Made by a program: the position numbers and the translations under genes
Shown: one piece after another, positions 38,544 through 48,818 of the stretch
Layout: every line of letters begins with the position of its first letter
Numbering within the stretch: the first letter of the stretch is position 1
Notes under the pieces: model-generated
Databases searched by the model: none
What the model saw: the letters and a program-made list of their open reading frames with translations, nothing else
Told to the model about the DNA's origin: nothing
Virus record (IMG/VR): IMGVR_UViG_3300009776_000830
DNA length: 64,000 nt
DNA from: a virus
Strand: one strand, 5' to 3'

Positions 38544-38774
38544 ATGAAAAACATTAAAACATTTGATGAATTTTCTTTAAATGAGAAAAATAAACCTTCG
38601 GCAGGTTTGACAAAAAAAGAGAAATCAGAAATCGTGAAGAAGGCCAAAAGAGGCGAAGATATAGGTAAGCCAGGTGAACATTTCAAAGATGTTGTAAAAA
38701 AGGCTAAGAAATATGGCGCTAAAGATCCAGAAGCAGTAGCTGGAGCAGCCCTTTGGAAAAATATTAAAAAATAA
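38544..38774 (+). CDS. Small basic CTS-bearing protein
   Basis: MKNIKTFDEFSLNE; TAATATATA at 38516. Confidence 0.75.
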   Translation: MKNIKTFDEFSLNEKNKPSAGLTKKEKSEIVKKAKRGEDIGKPGEHFKDVVKKAKKYGAKDPEAVAGAALWKNIKK

Positions 38775-38788
38775 AAATTATATAAAAA

Positions 38789-39973
38789 ATGCCTTATATA
38801 GAACCGAATAAATTATTAACTCCAACTGAAAAACTCATAAAGCCTTATGAGTGTTCGTTCATAGCCATAGAAGGTCCAAATCTAAAGGGAAAATTAACAT
38901 TAGAAGGATTGGAGATACCTTATGATTCATTTTATTTGTCTCAACTTATTTTGAATGAGTCAGCTAAAGATCAACCACTTCTATATGGATTTTTGGGCAC
39001 GAATGTTACTTTTGTTATGATAAGAGCTAAATATATGCCGGTTTTACCACATTGGCAAATAGAAACCGAGCAGTATGTGGAATATTACTTTATTGATAAT
39101 CCATCAGAAGTGAGAGCAATGGGGCAGCTAATGGTTTTAAGTGGAAACAGTGCTCGAAGAGTTCCACAAATAATGTTGAATAATCCGAGCTCGAAATATA
39201 AGGTTCAACTAGAAGTTTTAACAGCTAATTTACCACAAAGTAGTTTAACCGGTTCAACTCTTCAATTTACAGATATGTCAAAATTTGCTGGTTTATACTA
39301 TAATTCAATTGTTACTAATCAAATCGATTATACAACATCAACTGGCTCGACAGAATTGAAGATACTTGATGCCGATTCAGATCCAGTTATGATAATACCG
39401 TTCAGCAGTATAAGAACTGTTTTAAAGGTGGATGATTTAACATTATGGGTTGGAAATGATACAGAAGAAAAAATACAACTGGAATTTTTGAGCTCATATC
39501 AAACTGATCAAGCAAATTCTAGAATAAATTGGGTTTTAGAAGAGCCATTGGAAAGATATTTGACAAAAACAAATTTATCTGTCGACACTGAAGCTCCTTC
39601 TATATTATGGGAAAATGTCTTAACTGGAACAACTACTGGTGTGACATCCGATACTTTAACGCTTTATTTATTACAGAGCGGGACAACTCGACTTGATACT
39701 GAAATAAGAGATATCATCATAAGTGGGGCTACCGATAATAGAGATGGAAATATGAATAAAAATGTTGTGGGTATAACTATAACACAGCTAAATGATATCG
39801 TGCCTGTTTCTGGTGTGACAGATGTGGGTATATATGAAATGACCTTTAATGTCAGAGACTTGGCAAACAATAGTTACACTGTTATAAAATATTTGGCTAT
39901 TTATTATGATAATTATTTAACTGGATTTTGGAATGATAGTGGCGAATGGCAAATTGTCCAAATAACAGTTTAA
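38789..39973 (+). CDS. Hypothetical (probably structural) protein
   Basis: 394-aa ORF with Ig-like C-terminal segment. Confidence 0.6.
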   Translation: MPYIEPNKLLTPTEKLIKPYECSFIAIEGPNLKGKLTLEGLEIPYDSFYLSQLILNESAKDQPLLYGFLGTNVTFVMIRAKYMPVLPHWQIETEQYVEYYFIDNPSEVRAMGQLMVLSGNSARRVPQIMLNNPSSKYKVQLEVLTANLPQSSLTGSTLQFTDMSKFAGLYYNSIVTNQIDYTTSTGSTELKILDADSDPVMIIPFSSIRTVLKVDDLTLWVGNDTEEKIQLEFLSSYQTDQANSRINWVLEEPLERYLTKTNLSVDTEAPSILWENVLTGTTTGVTSDTLTLYLLQSGTTRLDTEIRDIIISGATDNRDGNMNKNVVGITITQLNDIVPVSGVTDVGIYEMTFNVRDLANNSYTVIKYLAIYYDNYLTGFWNDSGEWQIVQITV

Positions 39974-40014
39974 GAAAAAAATGAGAAAAAAACTATAATA
40001 TATATATTAGAGCT

Positions 40015-40269
40015 ATGACTTATAACTATACTTTAGATAATTTTTTAGCTATACCAGATAATAGCGATGACAGGCTTTTTATTTACGATAAGAATAGAAA
40101 CTTTGTCGATAGTGTTATACCAAGCTTATCTTATTATTTTGTTCGAAATAATTGTTTGGTCATAAAGATAACCAATAGAAATGATATTATATTAAGTTTC
40201 AAGGATTTGGTTACAGCTAAACAGGCTTTATCGAAATTGGATCTAGTGATAAATGAAAATTTTGCTTGA
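40015..40269 (+). CDS. Hypothetical protein
   Basis: 84-aa ORF with TATA-rich leader. Confidence 0.65.
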   Translation: MTYNYTLDNFLAIPDNSDDRLFIYDKNRNFVDSVIPSLSYYFVRNNCLVIKITNRNDIILSFKDLVTAKQALSKLDLVINENFA

Positions 40270-40742
40270 TGAAGCATTTGAAAATATACGATCAGTTTAA
40301 TTTTGATGATTTTTCTGAAGAAGATCTTTTTGGAGAAGATTATGGGTCATTAACAAAATTTGAAGATTTGGTTGGTGTAACTATAATAGAAATAATTGTT
40401 GATGATCTAAAACAAAATATGATCTTTAAGTTGAAAAATGGTGACGAATATATATTATATCATCAACAAAATTGTTGCGAACAAGTGGAAATAGATGATA
40501 TAAATGGTGATTTGGATGATTTATTAAACACTCCTATATTAAAAGCGAGTGAAGACACAAACAGAAATGAACCGAGATCACCATCTGATGAAAGTTTCAC
40601 CTGGACATTCTACAATTTATCAACAATAAAGGGTTATGTTACAATAAGATGGTATGGATCTTCTAATGGATGGTATTCAGAAAAAGTTGATTTCGCGAAA
40701 GTTGAGAGAGATAATAATAATAATAGAATAATTCCAGGATAA
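40266..40742 (+). CDS. Conserved phage protein (YHxQxCCE..SxTWTFY..RWYGxSNGxYSE) with CTS-like leader
   Basis: Motifs in translation; MKHLKIYDQF..EEDLFGED leader. Confidence 0.75.
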   Translation: MMKHLKIYDQFNFDDFSEEDLFGEDYGSLTKFEDLVGVTIIEIIVDDLKQNMIFKLKNGDEYILYHQQNCCEQVEIDDINGDLDDLLNTPILKASEDTNRNEPRSPSDESFTWTFYNLSTIKGYVTIRWYGSSNGWYSEKVDFAKVERDNNNNRIIPG

Positions 40743-40746
40743 GAAA

Positions 40747-41022
40747 TTATTCTTTATAAATGACACAATAAGGCTCATTGTGTGTTAGTTGAATTATTTT
40801 ACGAAATGCTGTTCTAACATCACCATTTTCAACAAGAGGATTTTCAACATCAATTAATTTTTTTAACTCTTTCAAGTTCAAATCCCAAGGATCTCCTTTG
40901 AAAATAATTCTATCTGTTTTTGCGTTAAAGATATATCCCAAAATAAATTCGTTTAATTTATCTTGATTTTCAAATGAGCAATAAGTTATTTTTTCTTTAA
41001 GATTTAATTTCACAATATACAT
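40747..41022 (-). CDS. Hypothetical protein
   Basis: 91-aa ORF. Confidence 0.6.
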   Translation of the reverse strand: MYIVKLNLKEKITYCSFENQDKLNEFILGYIFNAKTDRIIFKGDPWDLNLKELKKLIDVENPLVENGDVRTAFRKIIQLTHNEPYCVIYKE

Positions 41023-41115
41023 TATTTTCTATAATTTATTTTTATTTTTTTATAAAGTTTAAAATTTTTGATTATTTTTGTTTTATATATATATATTAAA
41101 ATCAATATTAACTGA

Positions 41116-42477
41116 ATGAAAATTAATTTTAATGATTTCATAAACGAGGAGCTATCAATGATGTCAAATAAAAAATTGAGAGACGCCATACACGACATAG
41201 TAACTAATTTGGATAAAGACCAATCAATAGATATAGAAGAGCTTTCGAGCGAGCTTTTATTGAAATATAAAATCACAATTAGTCCTAAATTTTTAGATGA
41301 ATATCTAAATGATTTCAATAAAATAAAAAGAGGTTATAATGTTTCAGACACTATTTTTTCTAGACAAGATGCTAGATGGTTGAATATCAAAGATAAAGAT
41401 GATACTAAAGAATTGAGAAATAACTTATATTATCAGAGACCATCTTTGGCGAAACATAAAGATAGAATGGTGAAAGATATAATAGAAAAAAGATTGGATG
41501 ATGCTTATAAATCTGGCATGAAAGATTTAAAATTATCAGAAGAAACCATTAAAAAAACTTTTATTTTACAAGATCCGAATGATGCTAAAAATATAATAAA
41601 GTCGATTTATGAAATGGTGAACATTCAGATGAAATATAAAAACACAAAAGAGAATTGTTGGAAGATGATGATCATTATGGGATATAATAGAATGAAATTG
41701 GATACGAAAAAGAATTATTTTGATTTAGCGCCAGAATCTATAAAAAAAGAATATGAAGAAATCGGAAAAATAAATCTAACGCTAGAAAAAGAAGATGTAA
41801 GGAAGCCAGATCCAATATTAATGGAAGACGATACGAAAAAATCCACCAAAAATGATATGACATTAAAGGAATGGAGAGAAAAAAATAATCCAGTTCCTTC
41901 ACCTAAGAAACCAGCTCTTTTGACTAAAACTGCGGATATTAAAGATTTGGATGAAATCGTTGCTAAAAATTTAGATACCAATAAAATATTTAGAGCTGAA
42001 GTTTATGATGATCCGAAAGATATATCCAGTATGAACTTATCTATTGATACAGAATATGCTAATTTATTTACATTTATGGTACCCTGTGTAAAAATATTTT
42101 ATAACACTAATATCACAATATACTGGGATGAAATTGGTGAGATGTGGTGTTATAGTGAAAAGTTGAAAAAGTATGATTATATTTATGATGAAGATAATGA
42201 AGGTAATGAAAAAAAGCCAAAAATGTCAAATAAGATCGAGACAGGGACAAATATAAAACCTGGCGATGTGCTGATCTGTCAAAAACACGACTTTTATATA
42301 TCAGAACCAATTAGAAAAACATTGGAACTGAAATTAGATCAAGGAAGGATTGCGCCAGTTGTCGGTGAAAAAAATTTCGATTATTATGTGTATGGAACAG
42401 CCAATAAAAATTTTGTGTATAAAGCCTATCATTCAACAAAAGATGATAAGTGGCATATCGCTTCTTCACTTTTTTAA
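41116..42477 (+). CDS. CTS-bearing hypothetical protein
   Basis: MKINFNDFINE start. Confidence 0.75.
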   Translation: MKINFNDFINEELSMMSNKKLRDAIHDIVTNLDKDQSIDIEELSSELLLKYKITISPKFLDEYLNDFNKIKRGYNVSDTIFSRQDARWLNIKDKDDTKELRNNLYYQRPSLAKHKDRMVKDIIEKRLDDAYKSGMKDLKLSEETIKKTFILQDPNDAKNIIKSIYEMVNIQMKYKNTKENCWKMMIIMGYNRMKLDTKKNYFDLAPESIKKEYEEIGKINLTLEKEDVRKPDPILMEDDTKKSTKNDMTLKEWREKNNPVPSPKKPALLTKTADIKDLDEIVAKNLDTNKIFRAEVYDDPKDISSMNLSIDTEYANLFTFMVPCVKIFYNTNITIYWDEIGEMWCYSEKLKKYDYIYDEDNEGNEKKPKMSNKIETGTNIKPGDVLICQKHDFYISEPIRKTLELKLDQGRIAPVVGEKNFDYYVYGTANKNFVYKAYHSTKDDKWHIASSLF

Positions 42478-42490
42478 TCTTTTTAATTTT

Positions 42491-43075
42491 TTACCATTTT
42501 TCTTCCATAAAAGGATCATCATCTATGTTTGATTTCCATCTTTCGGCTTGTTCTTCGCTAAAAGATTTATCTCTAACACTTTTTATACTAAGAGGTTTAT
42601 AATCATACATATGATTAGGACTCAGTGCTCCCCATTCGCTTCCGTCTTTCATCACTTCGTCTTTTATTGATTCTTCCATTCTATTCAATAGAAGTTCAAG
42701 TTTTTTTCTTTGCTCTGGATCAAAAATATTCAATAATTCTTCTTTTTCTTTATCGACTTTCTCATCTCTAATAAATTCTTCTGTGATGTCTGTATCAAAA
42801 TGCGTCCACTCAACAAAGACTGAATTTTTAACATATTTTTTTAATTGTTTTTTCTGTTCATTTGTTAAATCTGATAATATTTCAAATAGCTCTTTTTTAT
42901 AAAATTTATTAGTTTTTAATTTGTTGATATATCTTTGTAAATCTGTTATCTTTCCAGGGATGTGTCTCGCTAAAAGCATTATTCCAAAAAAAGTCAACAT
43001 ACCAAGCACAAAACCGATCAATTCCGATAAGGTTTCTTCATTTAAAAATTCATCATATTTCTTTAATTTTTCCAT
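42491..43075 (-). CDS. CTS-bearing membrane protein ending DDDPFMEEKW
   Basis: MEKLKKYDEFLNE, TM segment LIGFVLGMLTFFGIMLLA. Confidence 0.75.
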   Translation of the reverse strand: MEKLKKYDEFLNEETLSELIGFVLGMLTFFGIMLLARHIPGKITDLQRYINKLKTNKFYKKELFEILSDLTNEQKKQLKKYVKNSVFVEWTHFDTDITEEFIRDEKVDKEKEELLNIFDPEQRKKLELLLNRMEESIKDEVMKDGSEWGALSPNHMYDYKPLSIKSVRDKSFSEEQAERWKSNIDDDPFMEEKW

Positions 43076-43155
43076 AGTGATTATTGGTATTTTTCATTAT
43101 ATATAAAAAAAAATTCAAAAAAAAACTTTATTTTTATTTTTTATATATTATGTAA

Positions 43156-43281
43156 ATGAAAACTAAAACAGTAGAAGAGCAATATGTTCAGCTAGAACAT
43201 CGAGAACAAATTCTTTTAGGAGAGACCGATTTTTTTTACAAATGCTTCAGAACATTTATGACATTTTTTATTAATATATAA
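43156..43281 (+). pseudogene. Orphaned original 5' end of the topoisomerase II gene (21 homologous codons, then unrelated sequence)
   Basis: MKTKTVEEQYVQLEHREQILL|GETDFFYK..* versus MKEIKKTVEEQYVQLEHREQILL|RPDT at 45040. Confidence 0.9.
43165..43218 (+). repeat. Perfect 54-bp direct repeat, copy 1
   Basis: AAAACAGTAGAAGAGCAATATGTTCAGCTAGAACATCGAGAACAAATTCTTTTA identical to 45055..45108. Confidence 0.97.
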
Positions 43282-43295
43282 AAATAAAAAATAAT

Positions 43296-45053
43296 ATGAT
43301 AATTGATACAAAAACAAAAATAAAATTGACTAAAAAATTAATTAATAAGTATAATTATAATGGAAATCCTGGTGATGTTATAGAGATTGATATCGAAAAT
43401 CTTCCAAATAATAGTATGAAATTAATAAAAGTTAAATGTGATATATGTGAGTCCGAAAGAAGCTTGCCGTATAGAACATATATGAAGAATTATTTAAAAT
43501 ACAATTTATATACGTGTTATGGTTGTAGTAGAATAAAATATGAAAAAACTTCCATTATTAAATTTGGGGTCAATAATCCAATGCAAAATGATGAAATAAA
43601 AAATAGATTAAAAGACACAATATTGAACAAATATGGAAGAGAATTTTATTTACAAACAGATGATAAAAAAGAAAAGGGTACTCAAACCTGCCTAACCAAA
43701 TATGGTGTTGAAAATCCGATGCAGGACACAAAAATAAAAAATAAGGCAAAAAACACAAAAAGAGAAAAATATGGAGATCATTATGAAAAGATAACAGAAA
43801 AAATAATAAAAACTAAAAAAGAGAAATATGGAGAGCATTATGAAAAGATAACAGAAAAAATAAATCTTACAAATGTAAAAAAATATGGATGTGATTATCC
43901 TTTACAAAATAAAGACATTTATAATAAATCTATAGAAACGTCAATTAATAAATATGGAATGCATCCAAATAAATGTTCGTTTATAAAAGATAAACAATTG
44001 ACGACATTATCAAATACCACTTTTCAAAAAATAAAAAACAAATATCCAGATATAAATTTTATATCTAAAGAGAACTGTCAATATACAATAAAATGTGACG
44101 ATTGTGGATTAGAGTATAAGATCAGTTTTAATTTATTTTTTCTTAGAAAATCAAACAATATAACGCTTTGCACTTTATGTAATGATCCAAAATTAAAACA
44201 TAAATCGGATTTTGAGCATCAAGTTATTAATTTTTTAGAAAAGAATGAAGTTAAATGTCAACCAAATTATAGAAAAATTTTAAATGGGAAAGAAGTAGAT
44301 ATATATCTTCCAGATTATAATATGGCTATTGAATGTAATGGGATTTTCTGGCATTCTGAATTATATAAATCAAAAAATTATCATAAAAATAAAAGCGAAG
44401 AATGTAAAAAAGTGGGGGTCGAACTTCTACACATATGGGAAGATGACTGGATATATAAACAAGATATAATAAAATCAATAATATTAAATAAATTAGGAAA
44501 AATAAAAAATAAAATTTATGCAAGAAAATGTGAAATATTAGAAATAAATGACAATAATATGGTTAAAAATTTTCTAGATGAAAATCATATTCAAGGATTT
44601 GTTAAATCTTCATTTAAAATTGGATTATTTTATAATAAAGAACTAGTTAGTTTGATGACTTTGGGTTATAGAATGATAAATTCTAAAAAAGAGTTTGAGC
44701 TCATAAGATTTTGTAATAAAAAATACACGAATGTAATAGGGTCAGCTAGTAGATTATTTAAAAATTTTATAGAAAAAATAAATAAACCATTTAAAATTAT
44801 CAGCTATTCCGATTCATCCCTTTTCAATGGTAATATGTATTTAAAAATTGGATTTGAATTAATTGGAGATACATCTTTAAATTATTATTGGGTTGTTGAT
44901 GGCATCAGAAACCATAGGTTCAAATATAATAAAAAAAAGTTAGTGATGATGGGAAATGATCCAAATAAAACAGAATATGAAATCATGACGGAGAATAATT
45001 ACTATAGGATATGGTCATGTGGAATGAAAAAATGGATATATGAAAGAAATTAA
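43296..45053 (+). CDS. Hef-like free-standing homing endonuclease (Zn ribbon, KYG repeats, Vsr/PD-(D/E)xK nuclease, conserved C-domain)
   Basis: VKCDICE, KYG repeats, EVDIYLPDYNMAIECNGIFWH, IWEDDW, NHIQG, ELIRFC, YRIWSCG. Confidence 0.85.
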   Translation: MIIDTKTKIKLTKKLINKYNYNGNPGDVIEIDIENLPNNSMKLIKVKCDICESERSLPYRTYMKNYLKYNLYTCYGCSRIKYEKTSIIKFGVNNPMQNDEIKNRLKDTILNKYGREFYLQTDDKKEKGTQTCLTKYGVENPMQDTKIKNKAKNTKREKYGDHYEKITEKIIKTKKEKYGEHYEKITEKINLTNVKKYGCDYPLQNKDIYNKSIETSINKYGMHPNKCSFIKDKQLTTLSNTTFQKIKNKYPDINFISKENCQYTIKCDDCGLEYKISFNLFFLRKSNNITLCTLCNDPKLKHKSDFEHQVINFLEKNEVKCQPNYRKILNGKEVDIYLPDYNMAIECNGIFWHSELYKSKNYHKNKSEECKKVGVELLHIWEDDWIYKQDIIKSIILNKLGKIKNKIYARKCEILEINDNNMVKNFLDENHIQGFVKSSFKIGLFYNKELVSLMTLGYRMINSKKEFELIRFCNKKYTNVIGSASRLFKNFIEKINKPFKIISYSDSSLFNGNMYLKIGFELIGDTSLNYYWVVDGIRNHRFKYNKKKLVMMGNDPNKTEYEIMTENNYYRIWSCGMKKWIYERN

Positions 45054-46818
45054 AAAAACAGTAGAAGAGCAATATGTTCAGCTAGAACATCGAGAACAAA
45101 TTCTTTTAAGACCAGACACCATAATAGGAAGCACCAAAACAGATGAGAGAGATCTGTTTGTTATGGATGGGGATAAAATCAAGATGAGAACGGTGAATTA
45201 TAATCCTGGTTTCTTTAAGATTTATGATGAAATTTTAACCAACGCATCCGATCATTATATTAGGACGAAACAAGTCAAATATATTAAAATTAATATTGAG
45301 GGCGATAATATATCAATAGAAAATGATGGGCCTGGTATACCAGTTCAAATTCATAAGAAAAAAAAGGTTTATGTACCGGAGCTTGTCTTTGGGCATCTTT
45401 TGACATCAGAAAACTATGATGACACCATAGAAAGGACTTGGGGTGGAAGAAATGGAATTGGTGGAAAAGCAACAAACATTTTCTCTAAAAAATTTATTAT
45501 CGAAACATCAGATGGTAAGAAAAAATATTATCAAGAATTTTTTGATAATATGTCTGACAAAACAAAACCAGAAATAATATCTAGTAGAAAAAATTATACA
45601 AAAATAAAGTTCTATCCAGATTTTTCAAGATTTGGAATATCCGATATAGATGGAAATATTCAAAATCTTATGATGCGGCGAGCAGTTGATGTTGCGGCAT
45701 ATTGCTCTGGCATAAAGATATACTTCAATGATACCATAATACCGATAAAGACATTCAAAGATTATATGAAAATGTATGAAATCGATGAGGATAACATTTT
45801 TTATGAAAAGATAAATGATAATTGGGAGATAGGAGTTTCAGCATCAGTAGATAATAATTTCAATCAAGTTTCTATGGTCAATGGCATATCTACCTATAAT
45901 GGTGGAACACACGTTAATATCATAATAAATCAAATAACAAAGGCTGTCCAAGAAATTTTATCTAAAAAATATAAAAACTTGAATATAAAGCCAGCTGACA
46001 TAAAAAATAGATTGTTTTTGTTTGTGAATTGTAAAATTGTCAATCCAGAGTTTAACGAGCAATCAAAAGAGACATTGAATACTAAAATTATAGATCAACC
46101 AAAAGTTTCAGACGCTTTAATAAAGAAAATAACTAGCTCGAATTTCATAAAGGAATTAGTGGATTTTTTACACGTCAAAGAAAGTTTGGACACAAAAAAG
46201 GAAATAGGAAAACATAAAATAAAAATTTCTAAACTGGATGACGCTCGTAAAGCTGGAACGTATGAGAGCGATAAATGTTATTTGACATTATGTGAAGGGG
46301 ACTCAGCCGCCGCTTCAGTTATGGCTGGACTTTCTGAAGTGGATTCGAGTTATTGGGGAATTTTTCCTTTAAGGGGGAAACCAATGAATGTTAGAGATGC
46401 AGCTCTTCAAAAAATAAGAGAAAATGAAGAAATAAAAAACATCATCAATATACTTGGCCTTGAATTTGGAAAAAAATATACAGATACATCAAAATTAAGA
46501 TATGGTAAAGTAGTATTAATGGCTGATGCAGACTGTATAGATGAAAACACAATGATTCTAACTAAAAGAGGATATGTGTCTATAAAAGATCTAAATTACG
46601 AGGATTGTGTCATGACTCATGAAAACAGATGGAAAAAAATTAAAAAAATTATAAAAACTAAGAAAACAAATCTGATTAAATTAACAATAAACAACGAAGA
46701 TTATTTTTTCGGAGAAAATCATGAGATTCCAGTGTTGAGAAATGGAGAAATCGTTTTAGTAAAAGTGAAGGATATATTAATTACTGATAAATTATTAAAA
46801 AGAAAAAACGAACTTTAA
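45040..46818 (+). CDS. Type IIA DNA topoisomerase N-half (GHKL ATPase, transducer, first part of TOPRIM; 498 aa) fused to a split-intein N-fragment
   Basis: EILTNASDH, ENDGPGIP, GGRNGIGGK, LCEGDSA, PLRGKPMNV, MADAD then CIDENT. Confidence 0.95.
   Translation: MKEIKKTVEEQYVQLEHREQILLRPDTIIGSTKTDERDLFVMDGDKIKMRTVNYNPGFFKIYDEILTNASDHYIRTKQVKYIKINIEGDNISIENDGPGIPVQIHKKKKVYVPELVFGHLLTSENYDDTIERTWGGRNGIGGKATNIFSKKFIIETSDGKKKYYQEFFDNMSDKTKPEIISSRKNYTKIKFYPDFSRFGISDIDGNIQNLMMRRAVDVAAYCSGIKIYFNDTIIPIKTFKDYMKMYEIDEDNIFYEKINDNWEIGVSASVDNNFNQVSMVNGISTYNGGTHVNIIINQITKAVQEILSKKYKNLNIKPADIKNRLFLFVNCKIVNPEFNEQSKETLNTKIIDQPKVSDALIKKITSSNFIKELVDFLHVKESLDTKKEIGKHKIKISKLDDARKAGTYESDKCYLTLCEGDSAAASVMAGLSEVDSSYWGIFPLRGKPMNVRDAALQKIRENEEIKNIINILGLEFGKKYTDTSKLRYGKVVLMADADCIDENTMILTKRGYVSIKDLNYEDCVMTHENRWKKIKKIIKTKKTNLIKLTINNEDYFFGENHEIPVLRNGEIVLVKVKDILITDKLLKRKNEL
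45055..45108 (+). repeat. Perfect 54-bp direct repeat, copy 2
   Basis: Identical to 43165..43218. Confidence 0.97.
46534..46815 (+). mobile_element. Split intein N-fragment (IntN, 94 aa)
   Basis: Cys1 block A CIDENTMILT directly after DAD; block B FGENHEI; ORF ends shortly after. Confidence 0.9.
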
Positions 46819-48480
46819 ATTTCCAGAGTCATATATTCTATAAATTTTTCTCTCAAGCATTATATCGTGTTCGGTCTTGCTCGGATCAAATCCTTGTTTA
46901 ACTAGCTCATCTTTTCTAAAACCAAATCTATGCTTTCTCACACCATCGATAATATAATAATAATTAGGCTCGGTCTTTCCAACAAGCTTGAAACCAAGTT
47001 TTTTATATAACTCTCCTTGACTCCAAGACCTGTCAGCATAGCTGGTCACTTCTTTTGGCTCAAAGTTTTTAACAAAAAATTTGAACAGTCTTGAAGCTCC
47101 TCCAACAACACTGGTGTTCAGCTTGTTACAGAACCTTAGCATCTCGTAGGATCCATCGTGTGAACTTTGTCCCATAGCCCTTCTCAAGCTTCCAAAGGTC
47201 ATTAAAGAAACAAGTTCTTCTTGATAAAAAAGACCGATCTTGATCTTTGAACCGACGAACCCTTGAATGTGGTTCGTTTCAAGGAAATCTTTAACTAATT
47301 TATTATTATTAACCTCTTTCATATCACATTTTCTAGCATAGATCTTATTTGGAGTCTTGTTCAACAAATTCAGAATTCTAGATTTAACGATTTCTTGTTT
47401 ATACAACCATTCATCCTCATAAATATGAATGAGTTTAATCTCTTGTTTTTCTGCTAGTTCAGTTTTTTCAAGATGATAATTGTTTGACTTGTTCAATTCA
47501 TTATGCCACCATATTCCATTAAATTCAAAAGCTATTTTTAAATCAGGTATATAAATATCTAGCTCACCGTTTATTGTTTTCCTATCTGATGATAAAACTT
47601 TATAATATTTTTCAATAAATTCTTTTACTTGAATTTGACCACCAGATGTATAATATGTTGGATTACAAATATTACAGATTTTCAATCCGGATCTGGCTCT
47701 ATTGTAGATGACATGTTTAGGCACAATGAATGTATGATCTTTTCCACAATCACATTTACATTCACACAAATTTGTATTTGATATTGATAAAATTGTAAGA
47801 ATTTTTTCAAAATTTTTTATAAATGATTCTTTAAATTTATCTTTACATTCAATAGTGTTATTATAATAATCGCCATATCTTTCTACACTTGTTTCATATT
47901 GTTTGTTTTTAAAATCTTTAAATTGAAGAGGATGTTCCACTCCATATTTTTCGAGAAGAACATTTTTTATTTTTACTTTGACTGACTCATCTTGAAATAA
48001 ATTTTCTACTCCGTATTTCTCCAAACATGTCTTTTTATATCTATCTTTAAAAATATTTGTTTTGCTTGTATGTTCAACTCCATATTTTTCTAAACATGTC
48101 TTTTTATATTTTTTTTTAACAATATCACTTTTCTTTGGGTGCGAAACTCCATATTTTTTCAATGATGACTTTTTAAGTTTTTCTTTTGTGTCGATATTCA
48201 AAGTTGAACATCTTGTAGAACAAAAAGTTCTATATCCTAATGTTTTATTTAAAAATTTAACTATTCTACCACATTCTTTACAAGTTGGAACATTATTCAT
48301 GTTATTAACGAATAAATAAACTTTTTCTTTAAAAGATAATCGATCAAAATCGAACTTATTCGAATAATCAACAATTTGTTCATAAATTTCATGACAATTT
48401 TTCATCAAATATTCTTCTCTGGAATATTTTCCAGAATCATTTTTTGTTAAATACAATTTTTCAAAATCAATTATTGTCAT
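46795..48480 (-). CDS. Hef-like homing endonuclease inverted between the intein halves
   Basis: PTCKECG, FCSTRC, KYG repeats, ELDIYIPDLKIAFEFNGIWWH, NHIQG, EMLRFC, YRIYDSG. Confidence 0.88.
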   Translation of the reverse strand: MTIIDFEKLYLTKNDSGKYSREEYLMKNCHEIYEQIVDYSNKFDFDRLSFKEKVYLFVNNMNNVPTCKECGRIVKFLNKTLGYRTFCSTRCSTLNIDTKEKLKKSSLKKYGVSHPKKSDIVKKKYKKTCLEKYGVEHTSKTNIFKDRYKKTCLEKYGVENLFQDESVKVKIKNVLLEKYGVEHPLQFKDFKNKQYETSVERYGDYYNNTIECKDKFKESFIKNFEKILTILSISNTNLCECKCDCGKDHTFIVPKHVIYNRARSGLKICNICNPTYYTSGGQIQVKEFIEKYYKVLSSDRKTINGELDIYIPDLKIAFEFNGIWWHNELNKSNNYHLEKTELAEKQEIKLIHIYEDEWLYKQEIVKSRILNLLNKTPNKIYARKCDMKEVNNNKLVKDFLETNHIQGFVGSKIKIGLFYQEELVSLMTFGSLRRAMGQSSHDGSYEMLRFCNKLNTSVVGGASRLFKFFVKNFEPKEVTSYADRSWSQGELYKKLGFKLVGKTEPNYYYIIDGVRKHRFGFRKDELVKQGFDPSKTEHDIMLERKIYRIYDSGNLKFVFSF

Positions 48481-48632
48481 ATGATTATATCATCTATATT
48501 TTTTCCTATTTTTTTAAAATAATTAAACAATATCCACTCTATAAGCTTTGACTTGTTTTTTGTATTATCATTTAACAGCTCTAATATTTTTGGATTTATT
48601 GTAAAAGTTGTTCCAATTTTTTTTGTTATCAT
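48477..48632 (-). CDS. Ribbon-helix-helix (CopG-like) protein, 51 aa; stop overlaps the endonuclease start (ATGA)
   Basis: Manual translation MITKKIGTTFTINPKILELLNDNTKNKSKLIEWILFNYFKKIGKNIDDIII. Confidence 0.7.
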   Translation of the reverse strand: MITKKIGTTFTINPKILELLNDNTKNKSKLIEWILFNYFKKIGKNIDDIII

Positions 48633-48707
48633 AAACTTTTTTTATTTGTATATATTAATATTTAAAAGTCAAAAACCATTATTTTTACAATTATTTTACA
48701 TTATTAT

Positions 48708-48818
48708 TTAAAGATGAATATGATCAACCACAACAACATCGACACTTTCTTTATTCATAGAACTCATTATGTCTATACAATCTCCTAAATATAATTCAAC
48801 ATTTTGAAATTTATCCAT
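48708..48818 (-). pseudogene. 5' stub (36 aa) of an N4/N6 DNA methyltransferase
   Basis: MDKFQNVELYLGDCIDIMSSMNKESVDVVVVDHIHL*: typical GDC..SVD..D(PPY) start, truncated where DPPY should be. Confidence 0.7.

Noticed and set aside
43219-45108. Group I/II intron interrupting topo II
   Set aside because: Only ~77 nt separate the stub junction from the nuclease ORF, the nuclease overlaps the downstream start, and the exon sequence is duplicated rather than split. No ribozyme core was recognisable.
45040-46818. Ordinary separate gyrB/gyrA-type subunit genes
   Set aside because: The break is inside the TOPRIM DxDxD motif and both halves carry intein blocks, so these are not natural subunit boundaries.
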